A stretch of 16,254 nt of DNA from Bacilli bacterium (GCA_051886215.1 JBJEXX010000057.1:1-16254), one strand, 5' to 3'. Positions 8,317 to 14,939 are shown, numbered from the stretch's first letter. Notes: a model not told the origin generated them from the letters alone. Made by a program: numbers and translations.

Positions 8317-9063
8317 TTATTTTTTAATTTTAATTTTTGCACCTATAGGATAATGATCACTAGGATAAATTCCATTGTAGCTGTTTGTATATTTATAAAT
8401 TTCTTCTACTTCTATATCTTTACTTACTAATATATGGTCAAGTTGTGGCAATTGTTTGTTTTCTCTAAATGTTTTTCCTATATTTTTAGTTATATCTTCA
8501 AGATTATTTTCTTTACAGAATTGATCAAGTAAATAATTGTATCCCATATTAAAATCACCAGTGATTATTAGTGGTTTATTTTGATCATGATATTGTGCAA
8601 ATAGATTTGTCATACATGTTAATTGTAATTCTCTATTAATTTTAAATAAATTATCAAGATGTGTATTATAGTAATCAAAATTAATTGTTTCAATACTTGT
8701 AGTTATTCTTGGGAATACGTCTAATGGAAATTTTGATTTTGGGATCAATGGTGTGTTAGATAACGCATATGTATCAGTATCTAAAACTTTTATGTTTTCT
8801 TTTACAATTATTGCATTATATTCATCTGCAATTGAACCATTTCTAGATCTACTTTTACCATATATTTTATATGGTAAATTATAATATGAGAACAAATTAT
8901 TTAATTCATCTTTTACTTTTATAACCATTTCTTGTGTACCAATAATATCTGGTTGTTCTTCTTCTAATAGATTTAAAACAGCATTTAATCTTTTTTTCCA
9001 ATATTTATTAGAAGATGGTGGAGTTATTCCTCCATTTTTTAAATTAATAGACATTACTTTCAT
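8317..9063 (-). CDS. Endonuclease/exonuclease/phosphatase (EEP, DNase I-like) family protein, paralog 2
   Basis: Same motif series: SINL.N, IIGTQEM, NTHL, ITGDFN, LDHIL, SDHYPI. No signal peptide. RBS AAGGGTGAG precedes the ATG. Confidence 0.85.
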   Translation of the reverse strand: MKVMSINLKNGGITPPSSNKYWKKRLNAVLNLLEEEQPDIIGTQEMVIKVKDELNNLFSYYNLPYKIYGKSRSRNGSIADEYNAIIVKENIKVLDTDTYALSNTPLIPKSKFPLDVFPRITTSIETINFDYYNTHLDNLFKINRELQLTCMTNLFAQYHDQNKPLIITGDFNMGYNYLLDQFCKENNLEDITKNIGKTFRENKQLPQLDHILVSKDIEVEEIYKYTNSYNGIYPSDHYPIGAKIKIKK

Positions 9064-9090
9064 AAACTCACCCTTTACTAAATTGACGAT

Positions 9091-9119
9091 ATTATAACAT
9101 ATATAATAGTAAGAGTCAA
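9091..9119 (-). promoter_or_regulatory. Strong SigA-type promoter driving the EEP pair
   Basis: On the minus strand: TTGACT (9114-9119), 17-nt spacer, TGtTATAAT (-10 hexamer at 9091-9096). Confidence 0.75.
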
Positions 9120-9160
9120 GAAGTTATAGAAACGAAAGGATATTATAAATTATAAAAATG

Positions 9161-9174
9161 TGATAAAATATAAT
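9161..9174 (+). promoter_or_regulatory. Possible promoter of the AAA+/vWA operon (weak call)
   Basis: TGaTAAAAT (9161-9169) overlaps TATAAT (9169-9174). No convincing -35 element was found. Confidence 0.3.
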
Positions 9175-9188
9175 AGACAATTATATTT

Positions 9189-9296
9189 ATGGATTTAAAA
9201 CTGAAAAGTTTTTTATTAAGTGGAAGATTTTTATTTGGCATTGTGTATGGTAGTTGTTTAGTGCGCGCCGCTGACGATGATGGTTCTAAGTACTAG
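9189..9296 (+). other. Upstream ORF fragment in frame with the AAA+ ATPase gene, ending at an in-frame TAG (possible disrupted 5' end)
   Basis: ATG 9189 ... TAG 9294-9296 encodes MDLKLKSFLLSGRFLFGIVYGSCLVRAADDDGSKY*. It is in the same frame as 9336-11156, and the codons after the TAG (SYSYSRHGAIRPAL) still look like protein. No RBS precedes ATG 9189. Confidence 0.4.
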
Positions 9297-9335
9297 TCTT
9301 ATAGCTATTCCCGTCATGGTGCCATTCGCCCAGCT

Positions 9336-11156
9336 TTGCAAGATTCATCTTTGATCAGAAAAATCTCCCCGAACAAAGTGAGGGGTTATAATGATACATA
9401 TGAGGTAGAATTTGGAGAATATCCTCAATATGCAGCAAGTTCTTGGATGCAAAATACTTTGAATTCAGAATATAATAGAGGTAGCCTTAAGACTACAGGA
9501 AAAACATATACTTTTGATTCAGTTAGATTTGATGATTATGATAAAAAAATGGAGCCTGTAACATATAACGAATACGAATATAATGGAGAAAAATATATTC
9601 GTCTTATGGCCAATTCTGGTAATGGTAGTACTGATTTATCAAATGGTATTAAATATAATGATGGTGACTATGTTTGGATTAAGATTGAACCTGTAAAATG
9701 GCTTATTGATGAGAAACAAGGATTATTACTTTCTAAAAAAGGTATTCTTTCTGGTATAAGATATCATACGAAAGATACAAGATATGATGGTGATTTCTCT
9801 AAGACAGAAATGAAAGCTTATTTGGATAATTATTTATCAAAAGATTTATTTAATAATTTTGTTTTAGATAATACTATTAGTTCTGTAGAAAATGGAAGAA
9901 AATCACGAATTGAAAAACTAAATCCTGATACTACTGATATTTCTGATAGGAGAGCTATGACTTATACAGAAATTATTCATAATTGGATAGAATCAGGTCA
10001 ATCAGTTTTATTAAGAGGACCAAGTGGTATTGGTAAAACAGAAAGATTAAAAACACTTTATCCAAATTTAATTTATATAAAATTAACAAATAATATGTTC
10101 CCAGAAAAAGTTGTAGGTTCAATGAATTTACAGACTGGACAAAGTATTCCTCCAGATTTTTATAAGCAAGCTTTGATGTCTTGCGCTACAGAGGAAGAAA
10201 AAAAACTAGTAAAAGAAAATGTACAAAATATTTATGATTTAGTTGATACTATTTATGAAAGATCTAAAAATAGTTCTGAAAAAGTAGTAATATTACTTGA
10301 TGAATTATTAAATGTAAAACCGGCAGTACAATCACTTGTATATACTTTAGTATTAAATAGATTAGTAGAAATAGGAAATGGATTAAAATTACCTGCTAAT
10401 ACAGTTATTGTTGCTACAGGTAATCAGAAAAAATATTCAAGTGTTGCTGAAGATTTAGCGGAACCATTAGAAAAAAGATTTGATCATATTTTAGATATGG
10501 AACCTAAAGTAGGAGAATGGATAAATGATTATGCAATTCCAAATAAAGTTCATCCTTCAGTAATTGGTTATATTTTTTCAAAATACAATCAAAAAGGAAA
10601 AAGTGAATCAATTTCGGATATGAATTATTTTTATGAAGAACCAGAAGTTGGTGATCTTCATACTGATTGTAATGGTTGCCGTGGCAGAACTAATGATCCT
10701 CGTGGTTGGGTTTCGATTTCCAATACATTATATTCATTTGAAAAAGATTTAGCGGAAGGTAAATTTATTGGTAAAGATGTAGAAAATTTACTTCAAGTAT
10801 CATTAAGTTCAAAACTTCGTGATGAATGGGCAAGAGAGTTCTTTGATTTTTATAATATTCCTACTATTTCTGTGGATGAAGTAGTTAATAAAAATTATAC
10901 TCAAGCAGATTTGCCAAGAAATATAAATGAAAGATTTGCTTGTGTTACTTCTTTACTTTTAGCTGATTTAGATCAAGTGCAATATTGTAGAGATTTTATA
11001 AGAGAAAATTGTGATCCAGAATATTTACAACTCTATGATATTTGTTGGTGTGGTAATGATGAAAGAAGAATGGAAAAGATAGTCGAATTACAAGAATGTA
11101 CTACACTAAGTGATGATATCAATATGTCTAGTGAAGGAGTTGGAATAAGAATATGA
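9336..11156 (+). CDS. AAA+ ATPase (MoxR/AAA_5-like) with a ~190-aa N-terminal FGxYPQ...W.I...LLS domain and a Cys-containing C-terminal region
   Basis: Walker A GPSGIGKT (nt 10017-10040), Walker B VVILLDE (10284-10304), sensor-1-like VIVATGN and Arg-containing EPLEKRF. The start is unresolved: none of TTG 9336, GTG 9378 or ATG 9447 has an RBS. The stop TGA 11154-11156 overlaps the next ATG. Confidence 0.75.
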   Translation: MQDSSLIRKISPNKVRGYNDTYEVEFGEYPQYAASSWMQNTLNSEYNRGSLKTTGKTYTFDSVRFDDYDKKMEPVTYNEYEYNGEKYIRLMANSGNGSTDLSNGIKYNDGDYVWIKIEPVKWLIDEKQGLLLSKKGILSGIRYHTKDTRYDGDFSKTEMKAYLDNYLSKDLFNNFVLDNTISSVENGRKSRIEKLNPDTTDISDRRAMTYTEIIHNWIESGQSVLLRGPSGIGKTERLKTLYPNLIYIKLTNNMFPEKVVGSMNLQTGQSIPPDFYKQALMSCATEEEKKLVKENVQNIYDLVDTIYERSKNSSEKVVILLDELLNVKPAVQSLVYTLVLNRLVEIGNGLKLPANTVIVATGNQKKYSSVAEDLAEPLEKRFDHILDMEPKVGEWINDYAIPNKVHPSVIGYIFSKYNQKGKSESISDMNYFYEEPEVGDLHTDCNGCRGRTNDPRGWVSISNTLYSFEKDLAEGKFIGKDVENLLQVSLSSKLRDEWAREFFDFYNIPTISVDEVVNKNYTQADLPRNINERFACVTSLLLADLDQVQYCRDFIRENCDPEYLQLYDICWCGNDERRMEKIVELQECTTLSDDINMSSEGVGIRI

Positions 11157-11542
11157 ATAAACAATTAGTAGAACTACAAAGAGGCTGTAAAGCCACTTGT
11201 GTTGTAATTTTAGAGGAACAATGTAAATATTTGGAAAAAGGAATTGCCATGGAGGCTAAAATAGGAGATGACTATTTATTTGCTAGACCATATGGTAATC
11301 CAATTTTTCGAGAAAAACTTGATCGTCTTTCAAAAGAACAATCTTTAGTATATTTTGTAATAAATAGAATTAATGAAATTAATGAAGATATGCAAAATAG
11401 ATATATAGGCCTAGTGAAAGATAGAGAATTTGGTGGATATAATTTAGCTGATAATGTAATTATTGTTTTAACGATTGGTAAAAAAGAAGATTTAAAGAAA
11501 ATTTCTAAAGAACTTTATCATTTTTGTGTTGTGGCTTTTTAG
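11153..11542 (+). CDS. Small hypothetical protein (129 aa) resembling a P-loop-less AAA+ core fragment
   Basis: ATGA start/stop overlap with the ATPase gene. Its stop TAG (11540-11542) sits inside the RBS of the next gene. QSLVYFVINRINEI and NVIIVLTIGKK match QSLVYTLVLNRLVEI and NTVIVATGNQKK of the upstream ATPase. Confidence 0.7.
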   Translation: MNKQLVELQRGCKATCVVILEEQCKYLEKGIAMEAKIGDDYLFARPYGNPIFREKLDRLSKEQSLVYFVINRINEINEDMQNRYIGLVKDREFGGYNLADNVIIVLTIGKKEDLKKISKELYHFCVVAF

Positions 11543-11550
11543 GTGCAATT

Positions 11551-12930
11551 ATGGAGTTAGATAGAAATTTACTTTATAATGCTAAAAGATTATTATTAGC
11601 TAGATATTCACGATTTGGAAGTGATATTGCCAATATAAATATTGAATATAATACTAATTTAAAATACCATACCGCAGCTACTGATGGTAAAACTATATTT
11701 TTTGATCCTGATTATTTAGCTAGTTTAAGTGAGGATGATACTATATTTTTAATTGCTCATGAGATAATGCATATTAAATTTAATCATGTTTTTAGGTTAA
11801 TAGATAAAAATGGTAATAAAAGAGATATGGATATTTGGAATGAGACTACAGACGCTATAATAAATGCCAATCTTGAAAGAGATGGTTTTAAAATAAAGGA
11901 AGGTTATGTTAATAGGCTGGGAGCTTTAAAATATAGTGCCGAAGAACTTTATGAAATAATAAAAAAAGAAAAAGAAGAAAAAAATAGTCAAGATAATCAA
12001 AATGGTCAAGGACAATCTGATAATAATGATTCTTCTGAAAAAAGTAATCAAGATAATCAACATATAGGTGATGATCATAGTCTTTGGGAAGAAGCATTTT
12101 CAAAACAAAATAATGATAATATAAATGAAAATAATAATGATAATAGTGAAACTAATTCAAGTGAAGATGTAAAAAGTTCATCTTATAGTGTGAATGAGTT
12201 TGAAGAATTTTCTAAAAATAGGCAAGAACGTAGAAACATAGCAAAAGAGTCTTTAAATCGCATTAAAGAAGAAATGTTAAGAAATTTTAATAAAGATTCA
12301 GCTTTTAAAAATGTTAATTTAGGCAGTGTAGGAGAAAGTAAGAACGAAATGGATTGGAGGTCTTTATTACGCAGAGAAGTAGAAAAAACAGAAACTATTT
12401 GGTCACAAAGACGTTCTATTGCAGAAAATAATTATGCATATAGATTAGAAGAAGAGGATATAGAAGATGAAGCTTTGACAGAAGTAATGATAGATGTATC
12501 TGGTTCAGTGGATTTAGATTTGGTTAGGGCTTTTTTAAGAATGCTAAAACCAATACTTAAAGAATCCAAATTACGTGTAGGATGTTTTAATGAAAAATTT
12601 TGGGGTATGGTTGATATTAACTCTATTGCAGATATTGATAATTTTACTATTCCGGATGAAGCTAGGGGACATTCGGCTTGGACTGAAGATTGGGATTTAG
12701 CAGTTAGATCTTTTTCTAAAAAAAGAGAAGTTAATAAAATAGTTTTTACTGATGGGGAACCTTGTCCTGGCACTATGCCTAAACCTGATTTAGCAGGTGA
12801 AAATGTAATTTGGCTAGTATATGGTAATGATAATTTTAAACCATGTTGTGGTAAAGTTATTACTATAACGGAAAAATATCTTGAACAATTGCAAACTATT
12901 AATACGAAAGATGTAATAAAATCAAGGTAA
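11551..12930 (+). CDS. Zn-metallopeptidase-like (HExxHxxxxH) / low-complexity linker / vWA-like (MIDAS) fusion protein (DUF2201-type architecture as I recall it)
   Basis: Start trimmed from 11524 to ATG 11551, with RBS AGGTG at 11541-11545. Motifs are TAATDGKTIFFDP, then HEIMHIKFNH (nt 11758-11787) and WNETTDAIIN. An N/D/S/Q/E-rich linker spans nt ~11959-12183. The MIDAS-like DVSGS lies at nt 12493-12507, with IVFTDGE downstream. Confidence 0.85.
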   Translation: MELDRNLLYNAKRLLLARYSRFGSDIANINIEYNTNLKYHTAATDGKTIFFDPDYLASLSEDDTIFLIAHEIMHIKFNHVFRLIDKNGNKRDMDIWNETTDAIINANLERDGFKIKEGYVNRLGALKYSAEELYEIIKKEKEEKNSQDNQNGQGQSDNNDSSEKSNQDNQHIGDDHSLWEEAFSKQNNDNINENNNDNSETNSSEDVKSSSYSVNEFEEFSKNRQERRNIAKESLNRIKEEMLRNFNKDSAFKNVNLGSVGESKNEMDWRSLLRREVEKTETIWSQRRSIAENNYAYRLEEEDIEDEALTEVMIDVSGSVDLDLVRAFLRMLKPILKESKLRVGCFNEKFWGMVDINSIADIDNFTIPDEARGHSAWTEDWDLAVRSFSKKREVNKIVFTDGEPCPGTMPKPDLAGENVIWLVYGNDNFKPCCGKVITITEKYLEQLQTINTKDVIKSR

Positions 12931-12954
12931 ATATTTGAAAAATGATTATAAGTA

Positions 12955-12983
12955 TTGTAAAAAATAAATATTAATGCTAAAAT
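12955..12983 (+). promoter_or_regulatory. Possible promoter for tRNA-Glu
   Basis: TTGTAA (12955-12960), 17-nt spacer, TGcTAAAAT (12975-12983). Confidence 0.45.
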
Positions 12984-13011
12984 AATAATATCTTTTTAAG
13001 ATATTATTTTT
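12984..13011 (+). terminator. Rho-independent terminator of the AAA+/vWA operon
   Basis: AATAATATCTT (12984-12994) / AAGATATTATT (12998-13008), loop TTT, followed by TTT. Confidence 0.65.
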
Positions 13012-13013
13012 AT

Positions 13014-13090
13014 GGTCTGTTGGTGAAGTGGCTTAACACATCGCCCTCTCAAGGCGACATTCACGGATTCGAATTCCGTACAGACTACCA
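13014..13090 (+). tRNA. tRNA-Glu (anticodon CUC)
   Basis: Hand-folded cloverleaf: acceptor GGTCTGT/ACAGACT, anticodon stem TCGCC/GGCGA, loop CTCTCAA, T-arm ACGGA-TTCGAAT-TCCGT. CCA is encoded. The layout closely parallels Bacillus tRNA-Glu. Confidence 0.9.
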
Positions 13091-13150
13091 TTGAATATAA
13101 CTGGATTTCTATCTAGTTTTTTTTATTATATTTCTATTTTTGAGCATAAT

Positions 13151-13184
13151 AAAAAATGTTGAATAATTCAACATTTATTTTTTT
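13151..13184. terminator. Hairpin terminator between the convergent tRNA-Glu and tRNA-Gln
   Basis: ATGTTGAA (13156-13163) / TTCAACAT (13167-13174), flanked by an A-run and a T-run, so it could act on either strand. Confidence 0.6.
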
Positions 13185-13258
13185 GGTTGCCCTGATTGGA
13201 TTCGAACCAATGATGATGGAGTCAGAGTCCACTGCCTTACCGCTTGGCTACAGGGCAA
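13185..13258 (-). tRNA. tRNA-Gln (anticodon CUG)
   Basis: The reverse complement folds as TGCCCTG-TA-GCCAAGCGGTAAGGC-A-GTGGA-CTCTGAC-TCCAT-CATC-ATTGG-TTCGAAT-CCAAT-CAGGGCA-A-CCA. The U1-A72 pair and the GCCAAGCGGTAAGGC D-arm are typical of tRNA-Gln. Confidence 0.9.
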
Positions 13259-13284
13259 TATATATTTATATTGTAATACTTTTT

Positions 13285-13320
13285 ATAAAAAAAGAAAATA
13301 TATTTTTTTATATACTTTCT
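13285..13320 (-). terminator. Rho-independent terminator of the cyclophilin gene
   Basis: On the minus strand: AGAAAGTATAT / ATATATTTTCT (11 bp, one G-U pair) followed by a T-run. Confidence 0.6.
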
Positions 13321-13327
13321 TCTTTTA

Positions 13328-13927
13328 TTAATCAATTTGTTTTATATATTCTATTATTGGTTGATTTGCTTTTTCGATTGTTCCGTTATCATCAGTAGGG
13401 GTAGCGGTTTCACATATTTTATCAACAACTTCTATTCCTTCTGTAACATAACCAAAAACTGCGTATTCACCATCTAAGAAAGTTGAATCTTTATGTACTA
13501 TAAAGAATTGACTACTGGCACTATCTGGATTTTGACTTCTAGCCATTGATATTGCTCCTCTAGTATGAGATAGATTATTTTCTACACCATTTGCTGAAAA
13601 TTCTCCTTTAATTGTTGTATCACTGCCGCCCATTCCTGTTCCTTCTGGATCTCCTCCTTGCATCATAAAATCTTTAATTATTCTATGAAAAGTTAATCCA
13701 TCATAAAATTGTTCATTAACTAAATTTATGAAGTTCGTTACCGTAATGGGTGCGCTATCGGCATCAAGTTCAACTTTTATAGTTCCATATTCTTTTATTT
13801 TTATTTCTATATTATGTTTTCCACTTAAATAATTATTGTCCATTTTTTCCTCCTCGCAACCTGTATTAATAAATATAAACATAAATAAAAATACTATACT
13901 AATTATTTTGATAATTTTATTGTTCAT
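13328..13927 (-). CDS. Peptidyl-prolyl cis-trans isomerase, cyclophilin type, lipoprotein
   Basis: Cyclophilin core motifs are FHRIIKDFMMQGGDP, SMAR and QFFI. The signal peptide carries the lipobox FINTG-C. RBS AAGGAGGA precedes the ATG. Confidence 0.9.
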   Translation of the reverse strand: MNNKIIKIISIVFLFMFIFINTGCEEEKMDNNYLSGKHNIEIKIKEYGTIKVELDADSAPITVTNFINLVNEQFYDGLTFHRIIKDFMMQGGDPEGTGMGGSDTTIKGEFSANGVENNLSHTRGAISMARSQNPDSASSQFFIVHKDSTFLDGEYAVFGYVTEGIEVVDKICETATPTDDNGTIEKANQPIIEYIKQID

Positions 13928-13965
13928 GTCTCCTCCTTATGTTATTTATTATAACATTATTTATA

Positions 13966-13994
13966 TTGAATAAAAAGTTTTTTTATGTTATATT
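13966..13994 (+). promoter_or_regulatory. Promoter of the 14021-14863 gene
   Basis: TTGAAT (13966-13971), 17-nt spacer, TGtTATATT (13986-13994). Confidence 0.6.
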
Positions 13995-14020
13995 ACTTTT
14001 ATAAGAATAAGGAGGATAAC

Positions 14021-14863
14021 ATGAATAAAAGTGAAAAAAAATCAGGTAAAGGTTTAAAAGTTTTAGCTGTATTATTATTGATAATATCTTTATGTTTAAT
14101 TGGTAGTGGTGTATATTTAAAATTTATGAATGATAATAAAAAAGAAGAACCAAAAGAAGAAGTAATAGAGGAACCAATAATAACAGAAGAAGAATTAGAT
14201 ATTGATAGTGATGAAGTAGTAAGTTTATTTAATTTATTACAACTAAATAATATTACAAATCCTGTGGTTAGTTCTGATATTAAAGATTATTATTTTACGA
14301 AAAATGATATAAATGATGATTTAAAATTATATTTAGGTATATCTACACTTGATAAAGTAGTTAATTTTGATGTTAATTCTACTACTCCTATAGAAATAGA
14401 AGTAAAAGATATTGAAGATAATATTTTAAAAATATTTGATTCTGAAAGAACAGATAAAACTTATAAAGATTTCACTTTGAATAATAGTTTAGTTGCTAAG
14501 TATAATAGTGAAACTAATAAATATAGTATTGAAGTGTCTAATACAGAAGTTACTGATAAGTCTCAATATTATGGAGAAGTTGTTTCTGCTAAGAAAGAAG
14601 GAGATATTATAACTTTAGTAATAAGAACTTATTATGCTTCATATGAAGATATAGATAATAATCCTGAGACTCCTTCAGTTTTCAATTTATATAAAGATTC
14701 TACAAAAAGTGAAAAAATAAGTGAGATTGCTGAAGGATATACAGAACTTCCTAAAATTAAGGATACATCTATAGATGAAAATAAATTTCAAGACTATGAA
14801 TTTATATTTACTTCATCTACTGATGGATATAAATTAACTTCATTTAATAAAGTTACAAAATAA
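14021..14863 (+). CDS. Hypothetical membrane-anchored protein with an acidic linker
   Basis: Start trimmed from 13985 to ATG 14021, with RBS AAGGAGGA at 14008-14015. The TM helix is LKVLAVLLLIISLCLIGSGVYL, followed by an E/P/K-rich linker. I recognise no motifs. Confidence 0.75.
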   Translation: MNKSEKKSGKGLKVLAVLLLIISLCLIGSGVYLKFMNDNKKEEPKEEVIEEPIITEEELDIDSDEVVSLFNLLQLNNITNPVVSSDIKDYYFTKNDINDDLKLYLGISTLDKVVNFDVNSTTPIEIEVKDIEDNILKIFDSERTDKTYKDFTLNNSLVAKYNSETNKYSIEVSNTEVTDKSQYYGEVVSAKKEGDIITLVIRTYYASYEDIDNNPETPSVFNLYKDSTKSEKISEIAEGYTELPKIKDTSIDENKFQDYEFIFTSSTDGYKLTSFNKVTK

Positions 14864-14885
14864 AAGTACATTAATGTACTTTTTT
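14862..14885 (+). terminator. Rho-independent terminator
   Basis: AAAAGTACA / TGTACTTTT palindrome followed by a T-run. Confidence 0.7.
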
Positions 14886-14900
14886 AAATATTAAAAATTA

Positions 14901-14939
14901 ATATAAAAAGAGAATCATAATTTTTTTATAATTCTCTTT
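14901..14939 (-). terminator. Terminator downstream of tRNA-Lys
   Basis: AAAGAGAAT (14907-14915) / ATTCTCTTT (14931-14939), with a T-run on the minus strand. Confidence 0.55.

Noticed and set aside
9064-9335. att-like direct repeats of the tRNA-Glu or tRNA-Gln 3' ends, or integrase/transposase remnants, that would define a classical genomic island
   Set aside because: I could find no matching repeat by eye in this spacer or at 7497-7510, and no recombinase ORF exists in the window. A systematic repeat search is still needed.
11909-12773. Two minus-strand ORFs (11909-12103 and 12432-12773)
   Set aside because: Both are antisense to the peptidase-vWA gene, whose plus-strand reading carries clear HExxH and MIDAS motifs. 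They have no RBS and a repetitive composition.
13156-13398. 80-aa plus-strand ORF
   Set aside because: It runs through a terminator hairpin, the antisense of tRNA-Gln, and the 3' end of the cyclophilin gene, so it is an artefact.
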